NCBI GenBank assembly: GCA_043228905.1
Contig: JBHGNT010000012.1
Span: 16,182,001-16,246,000, forward strand
Reading direction: 5' to 3'
DNA length: 64,000 nucleotides
Source of the DNA: Azolla caroliniana
Taxonomy: Eukaryota; Plantae; Polypodiophyta
How positions within the stretch are numbered: position 1 is the stretch's first letter; the number at the start of each line of letters is the position of its first letter. Below the pieces are notes generated by a model, which made no database searches, had not been told where the DNA came from, and saw only the letters and a list, made by a program, of their open reading frames with translations. Shown here in pieces: positions 11,151-24,098 of this stretch. The position numbers and the translations under genes were made by a program.

Positions 11151-12599
11151 ATTAGATCTATTATTTTCATGCTTAAGATGGATCTACCATATTCCTTAGT
11201 GAACCATTTTTGTAAACCTATCCATTATAGCGAGTATTGAGTCCTTTCCATTAACTAATAGCAGGTCCATGATAAAGTACACTAAGATAAAAAACTAGAT
11301 ATTAGAGCTTAAACTTTGTACAATTTGAAAGGGCATTAGCTTTGCTCTATTGAGAACCAGGGTAGAATGAGATTTTGAAATCATAGTCAGGTAATGTAAG
11401 GGTTGGAGACAACATAATCCAAATGGGACTAGGAGCATAAGGTTCCAGAATTGATATATGGAACACTAAGTGAAAATGGATAGGAAGAGAGATCAAAACA
11501 AATCATAAGTTCATTGACTTGATTACATATGAACCAAGACTTAGATAGGCTTGTGGTCTTCATGTTACTTTGTAGGAGCCATACAAGATAGGAAAATCAA
11601 ACTTTAAATGTTTATGGTGATGAGTCAAGTTTATGAAGATCTAGATATGTCTTTCATATGGTTTGAGAATCATATGAATGATGAGAACAAGCCATGTGAG
11701 CGAAAATGGAAAGATCTTAGTACTGGAAATCATTGTTAGCATTGCAAATACAAACATTTCTTCTTTGTATCATTTTTGTAGAGATATTTTTCAAATCACA
11801 TGACAATTGGATGCTCCGGATTGTGGATTACATAGAATAAGAAAACATAACATAGGTCTAGAAGAACTACATTGTTAAATTACGTCTCAAGAGGAAATAG
11901 TGAGATCATATATGACTGTAATAGATGCTAGCAAGGAAGGTTTGCATTTTGTGTCAAAGAAGCCTTTCAATTCATAAAGCAAGATTTGGGTATTGAATCT
12001 AAGAGAGTGGAGGCAAGGACTTGATGACATCTACAAGCACTAAGTTTAACCTCCTACGAAACCCTTCTATCTCAATCCAATGAAATGCAACAATTATTTT
12101 GGATTGATTCTACAAACTTTGGGTTGTCCAACCAAATGACTCCTCTTTTTTGCTAGACTTATTGACGTAACACTTCATCTCGTTAGGTAAGGACGCAAAC
12201 CAATTGGATGTTGTAGGGCTACTAAAATGTCTAGATGTAATTGGAGAATTAAGATAGCTTGCTAGTGACACTGACTTGTTTAACTTGAGTTAGGGTCGTT
12301 GAGGACAATTTATTGCTAGTCTCTTGAGCCACCACAATATAAACATAGGCAAGTCCACATGATTGTTGGAGTCCTATTATGTGGAAAATCCCACATGATG
12401 ATTAAGGTTGGCGCACGATGTTTGCTCACTTCCAAAGTTTGATCGTCACTCAATGAGAGGTCACTAGACTTTGTAAAATTCGAAGATGTGTGTTTGAACC
12501 CCATCACTCAAAAAAAATTTAAGTGAAATCTGGTTCTCCCCAAATCTTGAATATTTTTTGTTGTCTCTGAAACTAGAGCTACTGGTGATGGGTGATTCC

Positions 12600-13098
12600 T
12601 TGGGGCTTACACGGAAAGAGCTACTCTACAAGTTCCACGATGAGAAAAGCGTGTTCTTCTAGATGTTAGGAGCCTTATTAAGCACTTTTCCCATGTTAAT
12701 CCATTGCATACAACAAATGGCTTGTTAGGCCTACCAAAGTTTAACAAGAACACAAACTTTTCTCTCATGAAGAGATGTGCAAAGACATCCTCAATGTTGA
12801 GCCCAAGAAATCAACTCATTAGTCACTAAGGTAATCCATTGTTCCCTCTCTAACAACATGGCTTTATACTATATCTTGATGTCTTCTCTATCCATTGCTT
12901 CCTTGAAGGAAGAGGTGTCACAACAATTTGTCATCATAAGGTAGTGTAGAATACATCATCATCTAGTTGCCATATGCTAAAGCTCTTCTTAATCTAAGGT
13001 ACATGCTAAAGTGTCAAAACAGAACCATATTAAAACTACGAGTGCAATGTACCAGTACCCCCAATTTCATATGCCTAATTGTATCCAAGATGGAACGT
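12600..13098 (-). pseudogene. Old decayed copia (3' side of the gypsy insertion site)
   Basis: Minus strand reads HLGYN*AYEIGGTG..L*HVP*IKKS..QLDDD (post-protease copia), then SSFKEAM (start of RT region). Continuous with 20040-20600 once the gypsy and one TSD are removed. Confidence 0.7.
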
Positions 13099-13627
13099 TG
13101 TCGTGGAGAAAACCGGCCATAGGAGGAAACAGGGGAAAAAGACGCAGGAACCGACCCTTACGTGTGGCAGCACTATTCATTACAGTACATAACTAGGTCT
13201 GATTCAGCCGATGTAAATATACTAGGTAGTACACATTAATTGTCTAGGGAATCCAAGCGTATCTCTATCCGATGGGATAAAGGATAAATGCATGTAACCG
13301 GGGGTGTAACGGTCTTCCTCGGCGGCCTATAAAAGGGAGGGGAAAGGACTGATACGGGGATCGCGTATTCTAGAAGGACGAAGTGTTGTCGAACAGGGAA
13401 CCGAACTCTCTCTCCTCTGTCTACCTACCTTCTAATCAGTCTCTGCAGGGTTTCTGTGTCTGTTACTGGCTAGCCGGTTGTAACCGAGAAAGTTTTGTAA
13501 GAAAAACAAGCGTTGTAATTGAGACTCCTTGTGTCTTCTTGTCTGCGTTTTCCCCACTGTGTGGGCAAGTATTTGACTAATCTGTGTACGCATAAACGAT
13601 TCGATCATCCAGTGAGGGTTGCCTGCA

Positions 13628-13698
<71 letters not shown>

Positions 13699-13763
13699 AC
13701 TCCTTGGTTTAGGATCCCCGTGATCCCACCTTATTCCTTACGCGCAAGCGTAGCAACACGAAA
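13099..13763 (+). repeat. 5' LTR of gypsy
   Basis: Direct repeat of 19371-20039, roughly 94-95% identical by eye with mostly C/T and G/A transitions. CCTATAAAAGGG TATA and (CT)n. Confidence 0.95.
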
Positions 13764-13769
13764 TAAATT

Positions 13770-13786
13770 TGGTGAACCTGACGTGA
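13770..13786 (+). other. Primer binding site complementary to plant tRNA-Trp 3' end
   Basis: TGGTGAACCTGACGTGA versus the complement of tRNA-Trp ..TCACGTCGGGTTCACCA (TGGTGAACCCGACGTGA), one C>T mismatch. Confidence 0.8.
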
Positions 13787-13838
13787 AACAAGGCGGCAGA
13801 GGAGTAAGAAGATGAGAGGATCAGAGGTCACTGAAGCC

Positions 13839-16800
13839 ATGGCGGCAGCGGTCGACCGGATAGTGAGTGCTCGCGAGGGCACGGGCACCCTCGATAGAGC
13901 CATCAAAGTGATTGTCGGTATTTGGAAGCCTACTGGGCCGTGATGGTGATGAGGGACATCCCGGAAGAAAGGCGTTTGGTTCGGTTCCCTCGGGTAGCGA
14001 CACCGGGCATCCACGCAGAGGTGCTTGAGGTGCAGGCTAGATGCCGAACCTAGGGAGAATTTGAAGCGCAGCTCCTCAAGCGGTATGGGTTTGATGACAC
14101 GCTTCAGTTGTCAAAGCGAGACTTTATGGATTGGGTAGAGACCCCAGAAAAGGGGAGGAATGCGTCGGCGTTCCTCTGGGAGTTCGAGGAACGCTTCGCA
14201 CGACTTTTGGCGCTAGACAGGACCGTACTGGACACGAGTTGTGTCCTTTTATTCATCAAAGTTATGGACCTGTGGGATCGAGAACAAGTGGGTCTCCTGC
14301 TGGAGACGGCCGACTGGGCCGTGGTAAAGGGGGTCTGCGGCCGTTTCGACAAACGGCGTGAGTGGGTCGACAAGGGCTCGTTGGGGGCAAGAGGGGTTGC
14401 AACAAGAAACCTCGAGGGACCCCCACCGGCACGCAAGGAGGAAAGCCAGGGTTGGCTTGAGACAGGCTCATTTGGCGTCGTCAAGGGCCCGTCCGACGGA
14501 GCGGCTCTTGAGGAGCTGACACAAATGGTGTGTGACTTGCAGATTGCACAGGCCCAAAGAGAAAGCGGAGGGCCGCCACGCGACCGGAAGCCGCCGGGTG
14601 GGCAACGGTGTATATGGTGTGATGTGGCCGGACACAACCGCCGAGACTGTGTGGAGTTTGCCGAGGCACTCAGAAGTAACGTGATATACCTGTGGAACGG
14701 GCGAGTGCACGCTAGTGATACCCGGAGGGCTGTAGAAACGAAGTTCGGACACGACAGAATGAAGAGGTTGGTTGAAGAGGCAACGGCACACCGTGTAGAG
14801 GGTTGTCCACTATTCGGCATTGGTTGGGATCCAGTTCAGTGGAAGCGAAGATAAGAAAGCGACAAAATCTGAGTTCTGGCCGTCGGTGCTAGAAGGCCTC
14901 TCCTGGGTCCGGCTAAGGAGAGAAGAGACAGACTGCATTGAGCAACGGGTCCGAGAGATTACCGGGTGGGACGATCTAGTTGAGGAAAAGACCAGTTTCG
15001 TGGAGGCCGCGTGCCAGAATTACGAGGTTCTTGTAGAAGACAGGCGCACCGGGAAGGCTGGAGGGACCGGACCCTTGCAGCGGTATGAGACCTGGTTCAG
15101 GCTAAAGAAGAGTGAAGTTGGCAAACTAGGGATGCCGGATAAAGTAAAGTCGGTTGGTTACCGGCTAAGCACCGAAATTGAAAGGATGACGGACCTGCGG
15201 AAGGTTCTAGAAGAACGGATCCTCGACAGCAAGGTCGAGCTATCTTTGCGGGAAGTGCTTGGGATTGCGAAGAAGGAATTCCACAATTCCATTGTGGATT
15301 TAGTGAAGCGCAAGTAGCTCTCTACAGAGCCGGAACCGGAGAAGCCGGTGGAGGTGCGGACGGCGCACCTGGAGGATGCGGCCCTAGAAGACGAGTTGGC
15401 GGATAGCCACTACTCGAAGTTACACTGGGCCAGAGCCACCAGGGAAACCCCTGTCCGGATCGGGGAAGTGCAGGAGCTGGTGGTTGCATTGATAGACCAT
15501 GGTTCGGAGATAAACCTGATGTCCATGGACTTCTACAAGAAGGGGAAGTGGCCAATCAACACTAAGCACGGTTGGAAGATATGCGCGGCAACTCGCACTA
15601 TAGAGGAGTTGTACGGGGCATGCCCAAATGTATGCGTGAAGATTGGGGATGTCAAGGTGGATCAACATTTCTTTGTGCAGGAGACGTCCTCGCACCCAGT
15701 GATACTCGGTGAACCGTACATTACGGCGGCACGCATGGAAACAAGGGGTGCTTGATAATGGGTCGGCGTACGCGCGCATAAGAAGCCAAGATGGATGACA
15801 CTCCGTCCAATTCCTGACAGTAAGGCCGAACCATGAGAGGAACCGCGAGACCCTCGGCGGCGATAGCCGAGGGTATTTTTAGGGAGGGCTATCAAGGCGT
15901 GGGGCCGCGATAGTCTAGACACCCCGGAGGAACCCCACACATGTACCATAGGTAGGAATTTTTGGTTCTCCGAGAACGGAGGTTGTACTTTAGCCAGCGT
16001 CAACGGTCGGGAAAAGAAGCGGGCGGAGCAACGACTCAAGATATGCGGAGTCCTCGCCCCCAATGAAGAAATTAGCGGTGCCGTGGAGGCGATCTCTTTT
16101 GACGACACCTTGGGGGAATTATGGAAGGTGTTCAAAGAAGGCCTTAGTGAAGACCGGATGATCTCGGTTAGTTCCTTGGAGATGTACGAAGTCATCACTG
16201 ACTTCGGGAAAGGGGTTGGATCTAATTAGGCGGCTCGCGTGGATACCAAGTACAAGATTGTGGACCGGAAGGTGAGGCCAATCGCGGCACCCTTGTCGGA
16301 GGGCAACAGGGAAAGGATAAAAGGGGGCGCATCGAACCCGAGTCTATGAGATCCAGCCGGCATAGGACACTGATTCACTAACACGATGCTACGGGAGCTC
16401 AAGGTCGATGGGGGTGGGTTTCTACTGCCGGTGGAAGAGGTCCGGTTTCGGAGGATGCTCGGGAGGCATGGGAAAGCCTTCGCATTCTCACCGGAGGAAA
16501 TCGGATGCGTGGACCCAGCAATCATTGAACCGATGGTAATCTTCACGGTACCGCACGTGCCATGGAATCTCAAACCAATTCTGGTACCTAGAGCTCACAT
16601 CCCAAAGCTGACGGAGCTATTGAAGCAGAAGGTGGAGATGGGCATCCTTGAGCCGTCAAGTGCCCCATATTCGGACCGGTGGTTTACCGTGCTAAAGAAG
16701 AACGGCGCTCTGCGCTTCATTTAGGACCTGCAACCGGTCAACAAGGTGACCATTCAGAACGCATGGATAGGACCAACCATTGACGAGTTCGCGGAGGCCT

Positions 16801-19297
16801 TCGCCGGAAGGTCAATCTACTCGATCAGGGATCTTTACTCAGGGTACGACCAGTTCCAACTAGCCAAAGAGAGCCGGTACATCACAACAATGCGAACTCC
16901 TCTCGGCTTAGTATGGATGTGTACCTTGCCACAAGGGGGGACAAACTTGGTGGCACACATGGTAAATGCAATGAACAAGGTGCTGAGGGATTGCATCCCA
17001 TACATCACCATGCCATTCCTAGACAATATCCCAATAAAAGGGTGTTCGATGGAAGAGAAGGACGAGACAGTTGGGACGGATGGATGTCGGAGGCTTGAAA
17101 GGGCAAGGTTCACCTTCTCTAGAGAGAAGTCGGCGTTCGGGAAGTTAGAGATCCTAGAAGTCGGGCACATGTGTGGGCCCTACGGCTGGAAACCGTCTCT
17201 GGCAAAGGTAGAGGCAATCTCCATCATGAAGGAAGAATGCAAGTCGGTAACGGAGGTGCGGAGGTTCCTGGGAGCATGTGTGTTTTATCACATCTGGATT
17301 CCGCATTACGCGCACATAGCAAAGCCACTTTACGGCTTGTTAAAGAAGGGGCGTAAGTTCGAGTGGGGGACGGAGCATGTAGAATCAGTGCGGAGGTTGA
17401 AAGACACACTTGTCATGGCGCCAGCACTCCGGAAAGCGGTTTACGGCAAGAACGTTCCAATCTATGTAACCGTGGACACAAGCCCAACCGGGAAAGGATG
17501 GGTGATCAGTCTGGAAGATGAGGACGGTACGAGATTCCCTATCCGGTTTGGGGCAAAGGTACTTAGCGAGCGATAGTGAGGATACTCCCAGGTTAAGCGC
17601 GAACTCTGGGGTATTGTTTCGGCAATCAAGGCTGACAAAGACTATCTAATTGGGATGGAGGTGATAATTGAGACGGATTGCCTGTCGATCCTCGGTATGG
17701 TTTCCGGATGCACGACTCCAGACCTGGCGATGCTCAGGTGGATCGCTACATAAAGTCCCTGAATCCGGAGATACGACACATATCTGGAAAGTACAACACC
17801 ATGGACGATATGCTTTCGAGAGCGAGGTTTGACAACGAAGACGACATGGTTTCAGAAGACGAAGAGGTCGGTGTGGACTTCTTCGAGTCAACGCACGTGA
17901 CAACAAGGGCAGGGAGCACTCCGGTGCTAAGCGAGTTCAACGAGAGAGAGTATGATGGGGAGTGGCTCCATATTGGAAGATTCCTCAGGACGATGACGTT
18001 GGATACCACGTGGACGAGAGATGAAGCTAACCGGATCCGGAGGAAAGCTTACCGATTCTTCCTGCGGAACAGGAGCATTTGGAGGCACCCAAAGAAATGA
18101 GGCAACGTCCCACTACGTGTAGTAGCAAGGAAAGAGGAGCAGGAGGCGCTGCTTGCGGCGTACCACGAGAGTCCCTGGGCCGGACACCGCGGGACTTGGG
18201 CCACCTTCGAGAAGCTGAAGGAGAAGTATTGGTGGTTGGGGCTATACCAGGATGTGCACCAGTTCGTGACAACGTGTGAAAGCTGCCAGATGCACTCCGC
18301 AATACGGCATCGGGATGAGCTACACCCAACCTACCCGCCAACCGTCCATTTCAAGTGGATGGTGAACTTAGTAACGATGTTGATGGGAGTAGGGCAGATG
18401 CGATACCTAGTGCTGGCGCGGGAGGATTTGACGAACTAGGTGGAGAGTCGCGCACTACAAAACAAGACGATTACGGCAGTCTGCCGGTTCCTGATTAAAG
18501 TAGTATGTCGGTATGGGTGTGTAGGGAAGATCATGGCGAACCAAGGAGAGTTGGACACGCAGGAAGCTAAGGAGTTGTTCCATCGGTTAAGATTCAAGCT
18601 CTCTCTCACTACGGCGTACAATCCAGAGGCGAACGAGAAGGTAGAGCGTAGACACGGGCCAATCGTGAAGGCACTAGTACGAGCATGTGAAGAACAGGTC
18701 GGGAATTGGCCGCGGCTCCTCCCTTACGTGTTGTGGGCGGACCAGACTACGCACAGTTTGGTAACCGGGTTCATGCCAGCACAGCTGATGTATGGGCAAA
18801 AGCCGATTATGCTGGTAGAACGAATGATCTCCTCATGGGAGGCGATAGATTGGAGGGGCGAGATGAGCCGGGAAGAGCTGTTGGCGGCACAGATTCGACA
18901 ACTCGAGTGAAGACCGGAGGACGTGGAACAGGCAAAGGCAAAGTTGCATGCAGCAAGGTAAAGGAACAAAGACAGGTTCGACCGAACACATCAACTGTGG
19001 CCAAAGAAGATCGAAGAAGGCGACTAGGTGTTGGTGTACGACAGCAACCTCGACAACCAGCACAAGGCGACACGCAAATTCGCGAGGAGGTGGTTCAGGC
19101 CCTACGTCGTAACAAGTGCGAACGACAATGGCACCTACCATCTTGCAGAGCTCGATGGGACACGGTTAGCAGTACCGGTAGCCGGGAAGTGGATCAAGGT
19201 GTTCAAAAAGCGGCACGAGGACGAGCCGGACCCGGAGAGTGAGAACGACAATGACGATCAGTTCGGAGCAAACGAAGGATCGGGGAGCGACGAGTAG
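13839..19297 (+). pseudogene. Gypsy gag-protease (to 15882) and RT-RNase H-integrase, many stops and frameshifts
   Basis: CIWCDVAGHNRRDC knuckle; ALIDHGSEINLM protease; KYKIVDRKVRP, LEPSSAPYS, DLYSGYDQ, LPQGGTN, PFLDN RT; VTVDTSPTG RNase H; GH..KYWW..CESCQ and YNPEANEKVERRH integrase. Confidence 0.93.
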
Positions 19298-19370
19298 AGG
19301 CGAGCCCGTTTCTCCGGTAACTATTCCTCTCCGGCGCATACCGGTGGATCCGCGGTTTGGTGGGGGCGGA

Positions 19371-19901
19371 TGTCGTGGAGAAAACCGGCCATAGGAGGAA
19401 ATGGGGGAAAAAGATGCAGGAACGAACCCTTACGCGTGGCAGCACTATTCATTAAGTTGTACATAACTAGGTTTGATTCAGCCGATGTAAATATACTAGG
19501 TAGTACGCATTAATTGTCTAGGGAATCCAAGCATATCTCTGTCCGACAGGACAAAGGATAAATGCATGTAACCGGGGGTGTAATGGTTTTCCTCGGCGTC
19601 CTATAAAAGGGAGGGGAAAGGACTGATACGGGGATCGCGTATTCTAGAAGGATGAAGTGTTGTCGAACTGGGAACCGAGCTCTCTCTCCTCTATGTACCT
19701 ACCTTCTAATCAGTCTTTGCAGGGTTTCTGTGTCTGTTGCTGGCTAGCCGGTTGTAACCGAGAAAGTTTTGTAAGGAAAATTGTCGTTGTAATTGAGACT
19801 CCTTGTGTCTTCTTGTCTGCGTTTTCCCCACTGTGTGGGCATGTATTTGACTAATCTGTGTACGCATAAACGATTCGATCATCCGGTGAGGGCTGCCTGC
19901 A

Positions 19902-19967
<66 letters not shown>

Positions 19968-20039
19968 TTCCTACACTCCTTGGTTTAGGATCCCCGTGAT
20001 CCCGCCTTATTCCTTACGCGCAAACGTAGCAACACGACA
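19371..20039 (+). repeat. 3' LTR of gypsy
   Basis: Direct repeat of 13099-13763, ends CACGACA. Confidence 0.95.
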
Positions 20040-20600
20040 ACATACTATTTGAACCCCTCATATGTAGTAAAGAAACCATTCACGATGATAGGTTATATGA
20101 AAAGAAGCATTGAAATTGAGAATCCAAGTATTTACAAGAGACAACAAGTACATCATTCCAAGTATCGTTGTCATGAGTGACGAAATTCACCTCTTCAATT
20201 TTAACATGGTTGTCCTTAGGTTGATTGTCTTTCATCTCTTCTTGGACTTTCTTCTTTCTTCCATTTGTAGTAGTCATGTTCACAATTATGGCATCTTTAC
20301 CAAGTGATCTACTTAGCTCATGCTATCAGATTTGCCTCTTTATTGTTACATGTCCCTAGTATGCAAAGCACTAGAGGCTTTATTGAATCATTGTTTCACC
20401 GATTCATCTCTTCCATGAATAAAGAACTCTCTATATTAACCCACCGCATTCGAATTTCTCATGGTTGCCCTAAATATATCCCAACGCTCGAGCAAAGTGC
20501 AAAGCAAAAACAGAGCCTTAAACTCATCATCAATGACAAAACAAAATTAAACTCACTCAAGATAGTTAACTTAGTTGTGTCCATTTTCATGGGCAAATGA
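20040..20600 (-). pseudogene. Old decayed copia gag/protease (5' side of the gypsy insertion site)
   Basis: Minus strand TWILNFNASFHITYHREWF, a degraded copia protease WILDSGASFH..HREWF (W at 20124-20126). Confidence 0.75.
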
Positions 20601-22239
20601 ATAAGCTTTTCCAACTAATAACCTTTGCTTGTTGCACTCTTCTAGGCGTGCAATTCCTATACTCTAGTCTAGATAGCATAGCCAAAGTCTAAAATTTTGA
20701 CGTTAAACAAAAAGGAATCAGAGACTGATAGCACAATGGTCAAGCATGCAAGCTCATTCAACTCTTCCGGGCCATCCTAATCCATACTTACAAACTTTGC
20801 CCCTTTGACTTTGATGGGATTTGGTTTCTTTCTTCTGTAACATTGATTTTGCCACATACGAAAGTGTACACCTTCAATCTTCTTGAAGTGCATTGGATGG
20901 ATGTTATCACTGCTATTAGCTATGAATTTTAGTCAAAAGAATATGACCAAAAAATTCAACAAATGTAGCCTGAACCATGTCAACTCCCATCAATGTGTAA
21001 TGGGCAAAACGTGATGGAAAACAACCCCTTACCGATCTCCTACTTGTGTTAGGATGTAGTGAGGTGCATTGGCTATTGTTGCTCCCTGATTATCTCCTAC
21101 CTACAAGAACAAGCATTGGGCCTTCATAAAGTGGAGATGGAGCCAAATAGTTTTTTCCAAGTTACGTTTCGAACCAGCGAACTTCGAGATAGATTAAAAC
21201 ATTTCCATGATAGCCATAAAATACGCTTACATAATATTTTGTTTTTTTATTAGATATATATTAAACTATTAATTTATGACGCAATACTCCACCTATAAAT
21301 ATTTAAATGGCAACAAAATATGATTGTCATAATTAATATAAATGTACACTTCAAAATTTAACCCTCCTTTCGAGAATTTTTTAGCCACATTGCTCTTTTA
21401 TTCTCTCTCATGCATACATACGATGAGAACACCTCACATGCATTAAGGGATAAGAGCATGTTGTCACTTAGCGTTCATGCTTTAGTTTACATTGATTACA
21501 TTTTTAAGATATATATATATATGTTTAATATATCTATTAGTTATCCTAATGTTATTTACATTCTTTCAAGGAAGGTGTTTATTTGAAAATAACATTTAAC
21601 AATAGATAAACTACTCACTTTGGAGCTAGTTTCTCATCGTGTGTCAACGGCAACATGAGAATGCTAAATTGTAGCGAGTTGTGCTAATTGTCACAACCAC
21701 CCGCCCATCTCTTGCACGTGTTCACCAATAGTGAGCTACGATGATAGTCACAACCCCTTACCTATCTTGCCTATCTTGACCTCATGCAGAGATAGAGAGA
21801 TGCATAGTCATTCTTCTATTGTGTCTCCACTTTAGGTTTTAATATATATATGTGAAAATTAAAGTGTGCTAAGAATGTGTTCACACCCCGCCACTAATAA
21901 AAGGCACAATGGCCCTTTATTCCCAAAAGTGCACATGAACATGACCAAATTCCTTCATTGAGTGTACATCACTGCACGCACCTATGGAGCAAACCATGGT
22001 TGCTTTCAAAGATTGTTCATGCCAATGGAGGGTAGAACTAAAAGGAAGCGGCAAAAGAAGCCGAAGAGGATACGAGGATGTGAGGAAAAACTGGAGGGGA
22101 GTTTGAGAATTTGTTCATGAGAAAGCTAGAAGGGACAAAGGAGAAGGGCGACAATCCAAACAAATCCACTTGAGGGGGGCTCTTGCGGGGAGATGAGTGG
22201 AGACAGACCTTGGAGGACAATGGTCTATAAGAGCATACA

Positions 22240-22995
22240 CATGTTGGAGGTTTCTCTTTTTCATCTATGTTGGAATAGGGAGCTGATGGGTAGGGACTTG
22301 TTTCTCTCCTTCGCACGTGTCGGGAGTGCAAGACGATGGGTAGGGACCCGTTTCTCTCCTTCTCTTGTGTCGAGAGAGAGCGAGCAAATGGGTAGGAACT
22401 AGGAATCGGCAACGACTTGGCTCAAGCCTAAATTGATGGCGGTTTGGGCTTGAGCTTCCTTAACCGGTTTGAGCTCAGTTTGGGATTGCTCAAACTGGTT
22501 AGCCTAAACCGGTTTAAAAAGCAATTTGGTTCAAGTTTGGAACCCCCCAAACTGATTTAGGCTTAACCAGTTTGGTTTGTCCAAATTGACAAACCAAAAC
22601 GGCTAAGCCTAAAACCGAACTATTGTCGATTCCTAGGAGGAACTCATTTCTCTCCTTCTCCTATGTCGAGGGAGAGCAAGCCAATGGGTAGGAACCCGTT
22701 TCTCTCTTTTGCATGTGTCGGGACAGAGCAAGTTGATGGACATGGATCTGTTTCTCTTTTTCGTTTGTGTCAGGAGAGAGCAAGCCAATGGGTAGGAACC
22801 TGTTTCTCTCTTTTGCATGTGTCGGGACAGAGCAAGTTGATGGACATGGATCGGTTTCTCTTTTTCATTTGTGTCAGGAGAGAGCAAGTTCATGGATAGG
22901 GATTTGTTTCTCTCTTTTGTTTGTGTGGGGAGAGTGATAAGAACCCTTCTCTCCCCTTGGTTGTGTCGAGAATACAAATCGACGGGTTAGGACCC
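22240..22995. repeat. Degenerate ~55-bp minisatellite (GGTAGGAACCCGTTTCTCTC..GTCGGGAGAGAGCAAG), about 10 units
   Basis: The motif recurs throughout, with a higher-order ~111-bp duplication at ~22680-22900. Interrupted by a MITE. Confidence 0.75.
22400..22635. mobile_element. hAT-type MITE
   Basis: TIRs TAGGAATCGGCAA / TTGTCGATTCCTA. 8-bp TSD GTAGGAAC (22392-22399) / GGAGGAAC (22636-22643). Internal AAACCG/GGTTT motifs. Confidence 0.8.
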
Positions 22996-23095
22996 TTCTC
23001 TCATTCGACTACGGCCCAAGAAAGTTGAAACCAAACTGAACTATTGGATAATTTGTTTTTTAAATACATCAATTAATATAAACATTTAAGTTAAA

Positions 23096-24098
23096 TTAAT
23101 TAAATCAATAAAAAAACATTAATTAAACCAACAAAGGAGAAAAACAACAGTTAACCAAAAACCAATAAACTTTTAAACCAAACCACTTCAACCTATAAAT
23201 CAATAAACTTGAGTTTTAGAACCAAACAGAACTAAAACTAAACTGTTTATTAATAATTCAAACCAAACCAAAACATTAAATTTTAGGGAAAAGTACCAAG
23301 ATACCCTTGGAAGTTCTAAATTTACCAAACTACCTCTATGTCCAAAACATTACACTTTATAAAGTAATTATACACTCACTTCCAAGGGTATCCCGGTACT
23401 TTTCCCTTAATTAAATCAATAAAAAAACATTAATTAAACCAATAAAGGAGAAAAGAAACGGTTAACCAAAAATCAATAAACCTTTAAACCAAACCACTTA
23501 AACCTATAAATCAATAAACTTGAGTTTTAGAACCAAACAGAACTAAAACTGAACCGTTTATTTATAATTCAAACCAAACCAAAACATTAAATTTTAGAGA
23601 AAAGTACCAGGATACCCTTGGAAGTTCCTCTATTTACCAGAATGCCCCTGGAAGTTCCAAATTTACCAAATTACCGCTATGTCCAAAAAATTACACATTG
23701 TAAAGTAATTATACACTCAAATCTACAATCCCTATTTATCAAAGATGGAAGAAATGGACCCGAACTAGTCCTATTTACCAAAGATTTGAGTGTATAATTA
23801 CTTTATAAATTGTAATTTTTTGGACATAGGGGTAGTTTGGTAAATTTGGAACTTCCAGGGGCATTTTGATAAATAGACGAACTTCCAAGGGTATCCTAGT
23901 ACTTTTCCCTTAATTAAATAAAAAAAATATTAATTAAACCAATAAAGGAGAAAAAAAACAGTTAAACCAAAAATCAATAAACCTTTAAGCCAAAACCAAT
24001 TCAACCTATAAATCAATAAACCTGAGTTTTAGAACCAAACCGAACTAAAACCAAACCGTTTATCAATAATTCAAACCAAACCAAAACATTAAATTTTA
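23096..24098. repeat. Three ~190-bp direct repeats separated by two copies of a foldback MITE
   Basis: Units 23096-23285, 23407-23596 and 23910-24098. MITEs 23286-23406 (internally deleted) and 23597-23909, both GRGAAAAGTACC...GTACTTTTCCC. Confidence 0.9.
23597..23909. mobile_element. Foldback (Mutator-like) MITE with ~125-bp TIRs
   Basis: 23597-~23722 is the reverse complement of ~23783-23909, e.g. GTAATTATACACTCAAATCT / AGATTTGAGTGTATAATTAC. Confidence 0.85.

Larger units (their letters stand above)
13099..20039 (+). mobile_element. Full-length decayed Ty3/gypsy element without chromodomain; 4-bp TSD ACGT/ACAT
   Basis: LTRs 13099-13763 and 19371-20039 (TGTCGTG...CACGACA), PBS 13770-13786, PPT-like GGTGGGGGCGGA 19359-19370. 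gag-PR-RT-RH-IN order. Confidence 0.96.

Noticed and set aside
13383-13815. ORFs with SLSLSL runs (also 19657-19999)
   Set aside because: Translations of LTR (CT)n microsatellites.
23096-24098. CRISPR-like repeat-spacer array
   Set aside because: Repeats are 190 bp, the 'spacers' are two copies of one MITE, the context is eukaryotic, and there are no cas genes.
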